DNA of 64,000 bases from Planctomycetota bacterium (GCA_016179685.1 JACPCR010000051.1:70323-134322), one strand, 5' to 3'; shown: positions 18,346-28,249, numbered from the stretch's first letter. Translations and numbers: made by a program. The notes: generated from the sequence alone by a model not told the origin.

Positions 18346-20709
18346 CTACTCCAGGCGGCTGACGACCTCGTCGCCTTCGAGGATTTCGCGGACGGTGAAG
18401 GCTTCGAGGACGCGAGCGGAGGACATTTCAGCGTCGAGGATTTTGGTGACCTCGACGGCGCCGACGAACTCGCCACGCCGGTAAACATAGAACTGGGTCT
18501 TCTTGCGCAATCCGTGCTTGCGCCCGAGGTCCAGCATGACGAGCCTGACGTCGGGCTTGACGGCGAGCACCTTACCCTGGAGGGACCGGGCGTCGCTCGG
18601 CGCAGGCCGCGCGGCGCCCGGGAAGGCCGCGTTCGGGACGTGCTGGCTCGCCCATTCGAGGTATCGCTCCACGATCTCCTGTTTGCGGGCCGGGGACTCC
18701 GCGGCCAGAAAGTTGAAGTCCTGTCCCGTGATCTTCACCAGCAACGAGGCGGCCTTCTCCGATACGAAAACCTGATCGTCCTGGAGCGCCTTGGCCAGGC
18801 CCGGAACGAGCCAGGGGTCCCTGACCTGCGAGAGCAAACCGATGGCCTTGGAACGGATGAATCCGTTGGGGTGTTCCAGCATGGCGGTGAGCGCCGGCAC
18901 GCCAGCTTGGTCGCCCTGCCGCAGGAGCTCCTCCGCGGCGAACGCCCGGATGAAGACGTCCTCGTCCTCGAGGGCATCGCGCAGAACATTCGAGAGGGCG
19001 TCCGCTCCGAACTGGGTGAGCAGCTTGATCGCCTGGAGGCGATCTTGCGTATTGCCATGCCGGAAGGCCTCGAGGAGAATCTCATCCGTATGGAAGCCGC
19101 CGCCACCTTCCTGGTAGATGGGGAGGTATCGGTAATAGACCTCGAGGTTGAGTATTGCCAGGGTCGTCGAGTAGACGCGGCCGCCGACGGCGCCGAACCA
19201 GCGATCGTCCGGGTCCCAGCTCCCGTGGGCGTGTCCGCCGCGCCGCTGGCGCTCGCAGAGCATATCGCGCAAATTGGCGTTCCAGACCTTCCAGGCGTCT
19301 CCGCCGTGCTGGTAGAGGGCGAGGGTGGCGTAGTACCAGTAGTACATGGTGTTGAACGACATGGTGGAGAGCGCCTTCCAGGAGGGGAGTTCCTGGAGAA
19401 TGAGGCGGGCCTGGCGCTCGAAGACCGGGTCCGTGCGAGGCCAGCCGAGGAACTCGCGGCAGAGCATGCCGACGGCGACCATGCCCACGCCTTTACGGCC
19501 CTGCCCGAGGTCGCGGTTGGCGTAGATCACCTCGCCCGAGCTTTGAGTCATCTGGTCGAAGTGCTGGATGGCGCCAAAGAGCGTCACCCAGGGAATGGCG
19601 ATGTCCGCCGCCGCCGCGGACTTCAGGGTCATGACCATCCAGCCGGTGATCGAGGTGTCGCTGCGGCCCGTGCTGGCCGTCGTGTAGTCCCAGCCGCCGC
19701 TGGCCTGCTGGCTCGTGTGGATGAACAGGATGGCCCGGCGCAGGGGCTCCTTCAGCGCCTCGTCCCGCGTCATCGCATAGGCCTCCGCGAGCGCCAGAGC
19801 AGCGATCCCGTGGTTGTACATCACGTGGCTGTGCTTCTGGCCGAAGCCGCCGTCTTCCTTCTGGGACGCCAGAAGAAACTGCAGGCCGCGATACACCGTG
19901 TCCCGGTAGTCACCCTCCTGGTGGGTGTGATTCCCGCCGAGGAAGCAGAGCAAGGCCAGGCCGGTCATCGCGGGATCGAAATTGCGGGTGTTCGTGCCGA
20001 CCCCGCTGCACCGATCGCCCGCGGGGCACTGTTCCTCGAAAAGCCACGTGCTCCAGGCCCCCGCACGGTTCTGATGCCTTGCCAGCCAGGCCAGGCCCAG
20101 GGACACGGCATTCTCCGAGGCCTCGGAGCCGCCGCCGCGCTGCAGGGCCGACCGCTTGCCTTCTCCGGACCGACCCTGGAACAAATTGAACTTCGGCGTC
20201 TCCTGGCCGCCTGACGCCTGTGGCTTGAGCCCGATCACCTCCGTTGCGGCTGGCGTCTCCAGAATGCCAAACTGGGCCAGCACCACCGGGTCCTCCTTCG
20301 AAAATTTCGCTGGCGGCTGAGGCTTCTCCTCCGGCTTCGGCTCGGGCTTCTCCTCCGGCTTCGGCTCGGGCACGGTCTCTTCGTTCCTCTCCGGAACAAC
20401 GATGTCTCGGATTTCCTCCAGGGGCGACTCGGGGATCGGCGGCGGCGGCGGCGGCTTCTCCTCCTCCCGAATTCTGAGGTAGACGATCAGGTCCTGCACG
20501 GGAGGCAGCCGCTTCCACCACACCACGTTCATGAAGAGCAAGAAGACCAGCCCGTGAGTGAGGAGGGAGAGGCTGAACAACGCCCCGGGCAGAAACTGTC
20601 GAAACCTCTGCCGCAGGCTGGGCAGGTGAGGGCCGCAAGGTGCGCTTTCGGCCTTGCGTTCCCGTCCGTTCGAGTGCGGCGGCGTGCGGATTGCCGGATC
20701 ACTGGGCAC
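18346..20709 (-). CDS. Membrane-anchored prenyltransferase/squalene-oxidase repeat protein with HEAT repeats and a FlgT-C-like beta domain
   Basis: SLLTHGLVF TM; Pro-rich TonB-like linker; GLAWLARHQ...GAW, FLLASQKEDGGF, SQQASGGWDY repeats; GGRVYSTTLAILNLEVYYRY; HEAT repeats; C-terminal GKVLAV...VMLDLGRKHGL...GDEV. Confidence 0.8.
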   Translation of the reverse strand: MPSDPAIRTPPHSNGRERKAESAPCGPHLPSLRQRFRQFLPGALFSLSLLTHGLVFLLFMNVVWWKRLPPVQDLIVYLRIREEEKPPPPPPIPESPLEEIRDIVVPERNEETVPEPKPEEKPEPKPEEKPQPPAKFSKEDPVVLAQFGILETPAATEVIGLKPQASGGQETPKFNLFQGRSGEGKRSALQRGGGSEASENAVSLGLAWLARHQNRAGAWSTWLFEEQCPAGDRCSGVGTNTRNFDPAMTGLALLCFLGGNHTHQEGDYRDTVYRGLQFLLASQKEDGGFGQKHSHVMYNHGIAALALAEAYAMTRDEALKEPLRRAILFIHTSQQASGGWDYTTASTGRSDTSITGWMVMTLKSAAAADIAIPWVTLFGAIQHFDQMTQSSGEVIYANRDLGQGRKGVGMVAVGMLCREFLGWPRTDPVFERQARLILQELPSWKALSTMSFNTMYYWYYATLALYQHGGDAWKVWNANLRDMLCERQRRGGHAHGSWDPDDRWFGAVGGRVYSTTLAILNLEVYYRYLPIYQEGGGGFHTDEILLEAFRHGNTQDRLQAIKLLTQFGADALSNVLRDALEDEDVFIRAFAAEELLRQGDQAGVPALTAMLEHPNGFIRSKAIGLLSQVRDPWLVPGLAKALQDDQVFVSEKAASLLVKITGQDFNFLAAESPARKQEIVERYLEWASQHVPNAAFPGAARPAPSDARSLQGKVLAVKPDVRLVMLDLGRKHGLRKKTQFYVYRRGEFVGAVEVTKILDAEMSSARVLEAFTVREILEGDEVVSRLE

Positions 20710-20712
20710 GGC

Positions 20713-22152
20713 TTACAACTCCACGTAGCGCTTCCAGAGCTTCTCCAGCTCCAGGAGAGTCGGGATGCGGTAGAGGGTCTGGAGCGAGGGGGCCAGCTCC
20801 TTTCCGGAAGAGAGGGCTTCAAGGAGCTGAAGAAGACGCTCGCGGCCTCCCTGCTCGTGATCGAGATAATCCACGAGGGTGAAGGCCTGGCCGTAGAAAA
20901 TCTCGCGCTGCTCCTTGGGAATCTGCACTGCGTTCTTTCGGAAAAGTTCCACGAGGGAGAAGGCGGCGCCTCTATCGATCCACTCGCGAGTCCGGTCGTA
21001 ATATAATTCGCAACCCCATTCCTGGCGCACGGCCAGGCCCTCATCGAGCCAGGACGGGATACGGCGGTATCGGCGGTAGAGTGTTGCATGCGCCAACTCG
21101 TGGGGCAGCACGGAACGCAGCAGACGCGGCGCGGTCTGGTAGAGGAGGACCTTTCTTGCCTCCTCACAGAAGCCCAGGGTGCCGGCCCGGCCCGTGGCCT
21201 GAACATATTCCGCCTCGTCACGGTAAATCCAGATCGTATAAGGCTCAGAGTCCTCGGGAAGTCCGTACTCCGTCTCCAGACGCGGCAGAAGATTCTCGGC
21301 CACCGCGGCCGCTTCACGGGCCAAATCCGCCTGGTGGTGCAAGATAACTACCCGGCTCGAAGAATGGCGTTCCCAGCCGCCCGGCATTGCTGGTTTGTAG
21401 CGGGAATCGGATTCGGCAGCTTCCGCGCCCGGGCCCGTGACGACCATGTGCTTCTGGATGAAACCGCGGAGCAGGTCCAGCCGGCCATTGAACTGTTCGG
21501 GCTGGACTTGGGGGTATCGGCTCACAATGGCCAGGTACTGTTCCCGGGCTTCCTCGACACGTCCCAGGCTTTCCTGACGCAGCCCGAGCTGGTAACGGGC
21601 ATGGTCGTTGTCCGGGTCGGCCTCGATCGCCTTGCGGTAACCTTCGATCTCTCGTCCGATTCGCCGGCACGCGCGGTTCGTTTCCTCGGCAAGCCGCCGG
21701 CCCTCGGGATGTTCCGGGTCGGCCTCGAGGAGGGCATCGAAGACGCGGCGGGCGTCCCCGAATCGGCGCTGGCCCAGCAGGCCCTGGCCGGCCTCGAGAA
21801 GCCCAAGCTCCAGAAGCTTTTTCTTCTCGGGGTCCTGGTCGAATTTCTCGATGCCCTCCCGGTAGACCGTTTCGGCCTGGCTGAAGTCCTTTTTCTTCAG
21901 CAAGGCCCATCCGTAGCCGACGTAGCGTTCGAAGGGACGCGAGGCATCCGTCTTTTGAATGTCGTCGCGGCGAAGTCGGAGGCGGCCGGACGGGACGAGG
22001 ACCTCGACGCCTTCCTCATTTTCCGCGGCGATGCGGCCCTCGACCTGATTGCCGTTGAGCAGGGTCACCAGGTCCTGGGCGCTCGCCGGCCCGGCGAGGA
22101 TCAGCGCCGCGATCGCGATCATGAAGTCCATGCTGAAGTCCGGGTTTGTCAA
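20713..22152 (-). CDS. Exported TPR protein with a C-terminal peptidase MA (gluzincin) domain
   Basis: Signal peptide ending ASA-QD; DLVTLLNGNQVEGRI; TPR helices; LPHELAH...IPSWLDEGLA; FYGQAFTLVDYL. Confidence 0.8.
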   Translation of the reverse strand: MTNPDFSMDFMIAIAALILAGPASAQDLVTLLNGNQVEGRIAAENEEGVEVLVPSGRLRLRRDDIQKTDASRPFERYVGYGWALLKKKDFSQAETVYREGIEKFDQDPEKKKLLELGLLEAGQGLLGQRRFGDARRVFDALLEADPEHPEGRRLAEETNRACRRIGREIEGYRKAIEADPDNDHARYQLGLRQESLGRVEEAREQYLAIVSRYPQVQPEQFNGRLDLLRGFIQKHMVVTGPGAEAAESDSRYKPAMPGGWERHSSSRVVILHHQADLAREAAAVAENLLPRLETEYGLPEDSEPYTIWIYRDEAEYVQATGRAGTLGFCEEARKVLLYQTAPRLLRSVLPHELAHATLYRRYRRIPSWLDEGLAVRQEWGCELYYDRTREWIDRGAAFSLVELFRKNAVQIPKEQREIFYGQAFTLVDYLDHEQGGRERLLQLLEALSSGKELAPSLQTLYRIPTLLELEKLWKRYVEL

Positions 22153-22175
22153 TGAATGACCGAGAAAAACCGCAA

Positions 22176-22348
22176 TGCAATCCGCTGCGCCCTCCAGACA
22201 CCGCGGATTTCAGAGCACGCCGAGTATCCCTGTCCAGAAGTGCAGGTGCAGTGACGAACTCGTCACTCAAGGCGGGCGAAGCCCGCGACCCAACAAGGCT
22301 CGGAAAGGTGTCAGGTGTCAGGAAACACCTGACACCTGACACCTTTCC
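22176..22348. repeat. Second mosaic of palindromic units
   Basis: Degenerate 37-nt unit on the minus strand at 22176-22212; 21-mer family copy at 22221-22241; gcgggcgaagcccgc hairpin; perfect 21-bp CCTGACA-based inverted repeat at 22302-22348. Confidence 0.85.
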
Positions 22349-22387
22349 ATATTTCCGCGCGGCGCGGAGAGAATACGCCCTGAGACT

Positions 22388-23932
22388 CTATGGCCCACCT
22401 TCCCCGTCACCCCACGAGTTGGGGGCCACCGTCTCGCGGATGAATTCCACCAGGTCGTCGCCGGTGATCCCCTCCTCGCCCCCGCCCTCGTCCCCGAAGA
22501 GGCCGCCATCTCCGCCGCCGCCGCCGCCACCACCACCCTCTGAAATGGTCGGCAGGCCCGTGCCCTGGAAGTCCGGAATCTGCGCCAGGAGGTCACGCAC
22601 GTCATAGATGCGCATCACACCCGCCTCCTCCAGGCGGTCCGAGGTGGAGATATAAATCGCTTCGTCCCGGAGCACATACTTCAGGTTTACCAGGCGCAGA
22701 ATCCACTCCATCGCGGCGGACAGGCGCATGTCGTTCACCCGCAGGGTCACCGAAGCGTCTCCTCCACCGGTCGCCTGCGGGTCCAACACGATGTTGACGC
22801 CCGTGAGATTCTGCAGGAAGGCCATGACGTCCTGGAGCGGCGTGTCGACAAAATCGAAGGAGACTCTCTTTTCCATCTGCTGGAGGATGCCTTTTTTCCA
22901 TTCCGAGACCTCCTCCGGCGGGGCCACGCTGGTCGGGCGTTTCTGGGCGATATCGCCCCAGTTCGCCGGGAACTGGGCAAGCTGGTTTTCCGGCTTCGAG
23001 GCCTCCGTCACGCTCGTCATCAATTCATCACCTCCCGTTTTCGTCTCGGACGTAGCCCTCTCCTGGCGCTCGTTCGACCGGATACGCTGGAGCTGGCCCT
23101 TAAGCTCCCGGACCTCCGCATTGAGCGGGTCCACCGCGAGAAGCTCATCGATCAAGTTCATCGCCAAGATGTAATTCTCCGATTCCATGGCCGCCCGGGC
23201 GCGATTGAGCATCATCCTCGTACGGGTCTCCACCAGGCTGCGCTGGCGGCGAGTCTCTTCCGAGAGCACCGCCCGGGCCTGTTCCGAGGCCTCCTTATCC
23301 CGTCTGATCTCTTGCTCCTGTAGAGCCTGGCGGCACCGAGCCAGGGACTCGCTGGCCTCCTTCGCCAGGGCCTCCACCCCGGCCACCTTCGGAATCCACC
23401 GGGCCAGTGAAATCGCCTCGTCGAAGGCATCCGCCGCTTCTAGAGTCTTACCCTGGTCGAGAAGCTCCCTGCCCTGAACCAGGATGCGGTCCAACTCGTC
23501 CTTCGTCATCTCCTCCGTAATCTTTTTCTCAGCCATCATCCGTTCCAGGATGCTCTCGGGGTCCATCGAAGCTTCCATTCCGGCAAGCCTTCGGGCCTCG
23601 CGCGCCATCTTCCGCGCTTCTTCATGCTTGGGGTCCAAGTCGAGCGCTTTGCGAAACGATTGAAGGGCCTCTTTGTAAAGCCTTTCGTTGAAAAACTTCT
23701 GGCCATTTTCATAGAAATGCTGGGCCATGAACTCCCGTTCCTTGCGCCGGACTTGCTCCTGCTGGGCAAGCTGGTTGAGAAGTTGCTTGGCCCGCTCGAT
23801 CTTGGTCTCCTCTTCCGGTGATCTGACCTGGGCCGTTTCCTCTTGGGCCTTGGGAGCCTGCCCGGGATGGAACAAGGAGGCCAAGAGCATGGCCCATGCC
23901 GCTCGGCTCAGTGAATATTTTTTGCTCGTCAT
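22388..23932 (-). CDS. Exported TPR protein with secretin N-terminal (STN/N-domain) modules and no secretin pore domain
   Basis: Signal peptide; TPR; KRVSFDFVDTPLQDV...VNIVLD...VTLRVNDMRL...LKYVLRDEAIYIS; RIYDVRDLL; poly-Gly; ends LVEFIRETVAPNSWG. Confidence 0.7.
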   Translation of the reverse strand: MTSKKYSLSRAAWAMLLASLFHPGQAPKAQEETAQVRSPEEETKIERAKQLLNQLAQQEQVRRKEREFMAQHFYENGQKFFNERLYKEALQSFRKALDLDPKHEEARKMAREARRLAGMEASMDPESILERMMAEKKITEEMTKDELDRILVQGRELLDQGKTLEAADAFDEAISLARWIPKVAGVEALAKEASESLARCRQALQEQEIRRDKEASEQARAVLSEETRRQRSLVETRTRMMLNRARAAMESENYILAMNLIDELLAVDPLNAEVRELKGQLQRIRSNERQERATSETKTGGDELMTSVTEASKPENQLAQFPANWGDIAQKRPTSVAPPEEVSEWKKGILQQMEKRVSFDFVDTPLQDVMAFLQNLTGVNIVLDPQATGGGDASVTLRVNDMRLSAAMEWILRLVNLKYVLRDEAIYISTSDRLEEAGVMRIYDVRDLLAQIPDFQGTGLPTISEGGGGGGGGGDGGLFGDEGGGEEGITGDDLVEFIRETVAPNSWGDGEGGP

Positions 23933-25317
23933 GGCTTGCCTCCTGTCTTACGAACGATCCGCGCTGCATAACCTCCCACGCCTGCATGGTCATGGGGAAA
24001 GAACCACTGTTCGCCGTCCAAGTCAAAAGCAGGATTTCTAGCGAGAAAGGATTGGACGATTCCTGGACATTCCTCCTCTTCGATGGAACAGGTGGAATAG
24101 ACCATAACACCGGATGGCATAAGAAGTTGAGATGCAGATTCCAGTACGCGTGACTGCAATCCCATCAGAGCCTCCAGGTCACCTGGCCTCAGACGGTGGC
24201 GCGCCTCCACACGCCTGGTCAACTCCCCGGAATTTGAACACGGGACATCGACCAGAATCCTGGAAAACCGCCGGCGCAGCCAGCTTCCGAGCTGCGTGGC
24301 GTCGGCTACCAAGCTCGATACATTCATTATACGAAGCCGTGTCATGTTTTCCTTCAGTTTTCCCAAGCGCTGGAAGGAGTTATCCACTCCGACGACTCGA
24401 CCCGTGGGACCGGTCAGATCGGCCAGATGCACTGTCTTGACGCCCGGCGCGGCGCAAACATCAAGGATTTCCATGCCCGGGCGTACTTGAAGGGCCTGGA
24501 CCGACCGTGCGGACGCCGGGCCCTGAACGACGAGCCGACCTTCGGCGAAGCCGGGCAGATCGGTGACTCTGCCAGCATGGGGAATGATGAACATGCCGGG
24601 CAAGTCGGGGACCGGTTGGAAGGAGGGAGGTATATCCTGGCTGCCACGCCAGCGTATGCAAAGGGGGGGCGTTTCGTTGTTCGACCGGCAGATGTGCTCG
24701 GCGACGTCCCGGCCGAATCGCTGAATCCATCGCTCCACGAGCCAGCGCGGATGCCCTTGAGTCAGGGCCAGGTGGCCCGCAGAGTCCTCGTCGGGCGAGG
24801 GGAAGAGCGGCCGGTTGAAGCGGACACAACGTCCTGCCGGGCAGGGCAGAATGAAACGAGGGTCACCAGGCATCGGTTCATTCTGTTCGGGTATGACGAC
24901 CATTCGCAGGAGGGATCGGAGGACGGCATTGGCGAATCCGGCGGCCTTCTTTCCCGCCAGGGAGCGGGCGAGGCTGACGGTTTCATGAACCGCGGCGGCC
25001 GGTGGAACACGCTCAAGGTAAAGAACCTGGTAGAGTCCAAGGCGGAGAACGTCCAGGACAGGGGGCTGGATATGACCACAGCGCCGGCCGCTGGCGCTTT
25101 CGAGAAGATGGTCCAGCGTGATCCGTTGCCGGACGACGCCATAGGCCAGCTCGGTGGCCAGTCGGCGGTCTCGGGACGACAGCTCACGGCGATTCAGCGC
25201 CTGGTCGAGAGCCTCCCTGGCCCATGTGCCCTGTTCCCGCATCTCGGCAAGGACTTCAATGGCGGTGGCCCGGGCGGGCGAAGACAGGTGGAGTGGATGA
25301 GAACCATTGCGCTTCAT
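23929..25317 (-). CDS. rsmB: 16S rRNA m5C967 methyltransferase RsmB/Sun
   Basis: NusB-like N-terminus (DRRLATELAYGVVR, LRLGLYQ, FANAVLR); DVCAAPGVKT, LVDVPCSNSG, VYSTCSI. Confidence 0.9.
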   Translation of the reverse strand: MKRNGSHPLHLSSPARATAIEVLAEMREQGTWAREALDQALNRRELSSRDRRLATELAYGVVRQRITLDHLLESASGRRCGHIQPPVLDVLRLGLYQVLYLERVPPAAAVHETVSLARSLAGKKAAGFANAVLRSLLRMVVIPEQNEPMPGDPRFILPCPAGRCVRFNRPLFPSPDEDSAGHLALTQGHPRWLVERWIQRFGRDVAEHICRSNNETPPLCIRWRGSQDIPPSFQPVPDLPGMFIIPHAGRVTDLPGFAEGRLVVQGPASARSVQALQVRPGMEILDVCAAPGVKTVHLADLTGPTGRVVGVDNSFQRLGKLKENMTRLRIMNVSSLVADATQLGSWLRRRFSRILVDVPCSNSGELTRRVEARHRLRPGDLEALMGLQSRVLESASQLLMPSGVMVYSTCSIEEEECPGIVQSFLARNPAFDLDGEQWFFPHDHAGVGGYAARIVRKTGGKP

Positions 25318-25326
25318 GGCATGCGA

Positions 25327-25370
25327 GTAGAGGAGCTCGCAGGTGCATCCGCACTTGCGAGCTCCTCTAC
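25327..25370. repeat. 20-bp-stem hairpin directly upstream of rsmB
   Basis: gtagaggagctcgcaggtgc-atcc-gcacttgcgagctcctctac (one mismatch/wobble). Confidence 0.8.
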
Positions 25371-25520
25371 CAGGGTTCAGGCCTGGCCGTTCAACATCGA
25401 ACGGGGTTCATTGAAACAGAAAGCCGCATCAGCGACAACACGCGTGAAATACGTGTCCCAAAAGCGGGAATGCCCACTGGCAGAAGAACATGGCATAGAG
25501 TTTGCCAAGTAGTTTTCATC

Positions 25521-26462
25521 ATGCCAAGGAATGTACTACGTCGATACAAGAAACATGATCATCCGTTCATTCCAGGTGGGAGTGCGCCAAGGTATTTCCA
25601 TCCCGAGCGACTGGTGGCCGCTGTTTTCCTCATTTTCCTTCTGCTCTGCGGGCTGCCTGCCGAGGAGAGCAAAGCGCTACTGGCTCTGGCGGCCTCCTCG
25701 CCCGGTGTATCCAGGAATCCTGTGAGCGGGGCCATCACGCCGGGCCTGGCCTACGCGGGGCAGGAATGGGCCCTGCTGGTGACTGGGTGTTTCTTCGAAA
25801 AAATCTTTCACAACTCTATAGACTTGGCGTACGATGCGCTCCTGCGATACGGCTATGATCCGAACCGCGTGATGATCGTATCGCCTATCGATCCTCGTTC
25901 CAACGAGCACCTTCACCAGGGCCTCCACTTCGAATCGAGACTGGGCGAGCTGCAGCGCGCTTTGAAGTGTCTGAGCGACCGAATCGGCGAGAACGACCAT
26001 TTATTGATCTATGTGATTACGCATGGCGGGCGCAAGAAGGGTGAATATTCCGTGCAGGTAACGGAGACCTTTCACATCTCGGCGGCTGCGTTCAGCCGGG
26101 AAGTTCTCCGGATTCCAGCACGCCGGATTCTGGCGGTCATCAACTCGTGTTATTCCGGCGGTTTCGGCCGAGTCCTGTGGCAAACCGCAAGAAAGGCAGG
26201 CAGGGACATAGTTGTAGCGACCTCGACGGATGGTTTCGCGGAGGTTGCTGGCTACCAGTTCGGGCTTCACTTCTGGGGTGCGTTAAACGACCCAGAATGC
26301 GACCTGGACGAGGACGGGCGGGTGAGTTTCGAGGAGGCGTTCCGTGCGGCGGTCAGGCCCGGGCCGGGTTGGGAGGCGTGTTCTAACCCCGGGCCTTTCG
26401 GCTATGCCCGCGCACAGTATTGGGATTCGACGACCTCCTCCCTGGGCGTCACTTCTCAATAA
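25521..26462 (+). CDS. Clan CD cysteine peptidase (C13/legumain- or caspase-like)
   Basis: LLIYVITHGG and VINSCYSGGF His/Cys dyad motifs; DLDEDGRVSFEEAF motif; N-terminal hydrophobic segment; start uncertain. Confidence 0.75.
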   Translation: MPRNVLRRYKKHDHPFIPGGSAPRYFHPERLVAAVFLIFLLLCGLPAEESKALLALAASSPGVSRNPVSGAITPGLAYAGQEWALLVTGCFFEKIFHNSIDLAYDALLRYGYDPNRVMIVSPIDPRSNEHLHQGLHFESRLGELQRALKCLSDRIGENDHLLIYVITHGGRKKGEYSVQVTETFHISAAAFSREVLRIPARRILAVINSCYSGGFGRVLWQTARKAGRDIVVATSTDGFAEVAGYQFGLHFWGALNDPECDLDEDGRVSFEEAFRAAVRPGPGWEACSNPGPFGYARAQYWDSTTSSLGVTSQ

Positions 26463-26533
26463 AATTCAGGCAAGTTGAGGCGGTCGTATCTGTAAGTAGC
26501 AATAAATCAAATGGGCCAGCGGTTGACCCGAAC

Positions 26534-26827
26534 TTATCGAAAGGTTAGGGCGCGATCAGAAATCCGGGACTGCAAGGCGGCATAGAAGACCAGCACCTCC
26601 CCGCCCAGCACCTCCAGGCCGTGCCGCACACCAGCGGGGATGTCCACTCGATCGCCCGGGCCCAGCTCCCTCTGTCCCGCACCTATCGCTACCCGCGCGC
26701 GGCCGGAAACAATCCAAAGAACCTCATCCCGGGCATGCACCGTTCCGGGATAGATCGTGCCAGGCGGCGCGTCCCACCAGGTCGGCACGAAACCCTCGGC
26801 CTCCAGCGTCTTCCGGATCGCCTCCAT
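26534..26827 (-). CDS. Cupin domain protein
   Basis: PPGTIYPGTVHARDEVLWIVSG...LGPGDRVDIPAGVRH cupin motifs; probable start MEAIRK. Confidence 0.8.
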   Translation of the reverse strand: MEAIRKTLEAEGFVPTWWDAPPGTIYPGTVHARDEVLWIVSGRARVAIGAGQRELGPGDRVDIPAGVRHGLEVLGGEVLVFYAALQSRISDRALTFR

Positions 26828-26865
26828 TTCCGCAAACCGGTCAGGCCCGGCAACTTCTGGCTGGC

Positions 26866-27582
26866 TCAAGCGGGCCTCCTCTTCTGGGCGCGCCCGATCA
26901 GATGACTGCGCGCCGTGATCCGCTGGCCGCCACGGCCCACGTGCTCGCTGAGGCCCCGGGACCGCGCCTCGTTCATCCACCGCGGCCTCGGAAGCCGCTC
27001 GAGCCAGTCCCGGGCTAGTTCCTCCGGAGAGGCATACTCCAGAATATCCGTCTCGATGCCCAGATATTCCACGTCGAAACCGGCCTGCTCCAGCAGACGG
27101 CGCAGTTCCTGGGCCTGGAACGCATAGCGTGAAGGCGCGCCCGTCTCCTGCCACTGGCCGGACTCCAGCGCGCAGAACAGAAAGCGCCCTCCCGGCCGAA
27201 GCGCCGCACACGACTTCTCGACCATGGCGGGCGAAAGGCACAAGTGCGCCGTCACCAGGTCATAGGGCTCTGAAGTCAAGAACTCCCGATAGTCCACCCG
27301 TTCCGCGTCCGCCACGAAGAAGGTGACGTTGTCCATTCCTCGTTTCGCCGTGTCCTCTTGCGCCGACTCGACCGCCTCCGCGTCGCGATCGATGCCGATC
27401 ACGTGCGCGAGCTGGGGGGCTACACGAAAGGTGAAGTCGCCCGTCCCGCACCCGAGATCGATGGCGTAGTGCCCGGGGGACGCTATGGGCTGAAACAGGG
27501 CCATCAGCGTGGGACTCATCCCACTTTCGCCATGCTCCGCATCACGCCATCCGCCCTTCCAGTGAACAATGGTCTGAAACAT
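26866..27582 (-). CDS. Class I SAM-dependent methyltransferase
   Basis: AIDLGCGTG, VIGID, VADAE, YDLVT, ALRPGGRF. Confidence 0.85.
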   Translation of the reverse strand: MFQTIVHWKGGWRDAEHGESGMSPTLMALFQPIASPGHYAIDLGCGTGDFTFRVAPQLAHVIGIDRDAEAVESAQEDTAKRGMDNVTFFVADAERVDYREFLTSEPYDLVTAHLCLSPAMVEKSCAALRPGGRFLFCALESGQWQETGAPSRYAFQAQELRRLLEQAGFDVEYLGIETDILEYASPEELARDWLERLPRPRWMNEARSRGLSEHVGRGGQRITARSHLIGRAQKRRPA

Positions 27583-27583
27583 G

Positions 27584-28249
27584 TCACTCCGGTAGCCACC
27601 ACGGATGACCCGGCCGGCCCACCCCGTGCCGGGCAAGACGTTCCGCCAGCGTCAAGAGGTCCGCCCTCAAGGCCGACTCCGGTGTTTCCACCGAGAACAA
27701 CCAAACGACCAGCGCCCGGCGGGTCGCCTCCGTGATCCGCGTCCGCCGGGAATCCGAGAAGGGCCCCCCGAAAGGTCCCTGGCTGTCGGCCATCACGGGC
27801 AGGCCTCGCACAGGGACGTCGTTCCCTCGCATCGATTCCCAGCTTTCGCCCTCCAGGCCCGGCCGGAATTCCAGCGGCGGCTGAACCTTGTCCAGGTCGT
27901 ACACGCACACGGGTGCGGCCGCCTCGGCGGATACGGTGTTATTCAAGTCTACGAGATTGCAGATTCGGGGGAAAGCTGCGCCGCGCAGGATGTGGCGCAG
28001 AAACACCTCCGAGCAGGGCCGGACCTCGGAGGGATCGACTCCCAGGCGCCGGAAGAGGCTTCGGGCCTGAACGACGCCGGGCACCCCGGCCACCTCTCCT
28101 CCCCCAAAAAACTGGCGTCTCCGCCGGCAGAATTCTTCGATCTCGCGGAGGAGGCCTTCCCCGCTCGGACCCGCGGCCACCTCTTCAACCTCGAGAAGGC
28201 CGATCCGGCAGACCGGGGCATAATCCAGATGGACCGATACCGCGATCAT
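27584..28249 (-). CDS. B3/B4 domain protein (PheRS-beta-like, putative tRNA editing)
   Basis: RSLFRRLGVDPSEVRPCSE...LVDLNNTVS...VYDLDK...ADSQGPFGGPFSDSRRT. Confidence 0.85.
   Translation of the reverse strand: MIAVSVHLDYAPVCRIGLLEVEEVAAGPSGEGLLREIEEFCRRRRQFFGGGEVAGVPGVVQARSLFRRLGVDPSEVRPCSEVFLRHILRGAAFPRICNLVDLNNTVSAEAAAPVCVYDLDKVQPPLEFRPGLEGESWESMRGNDVPVRGLPVMADSQGPFGGPFSDSRRTRITEATRRALVVWLFSVETPESALRADLLTLAERLARHGVGRPGHPWWLPE

Noticed and set aside
17902-20214. Long antisense or alternative-frame ORFs (also 36084-38666, 47432-49309, 55660-57594, 30391-32214, 59467-60990)
   Set aside because: They shadow well-supported genes on the opposite strand, as expected in high-GC DNA, and show no recognisable motifs.
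20320-20370. 24-bp coding duplication (PEPKPEEK x2) and poly-Gly tract at ~22510-22540
   Set aside because: Ordinary low-complexity linkers in envelope proteins.
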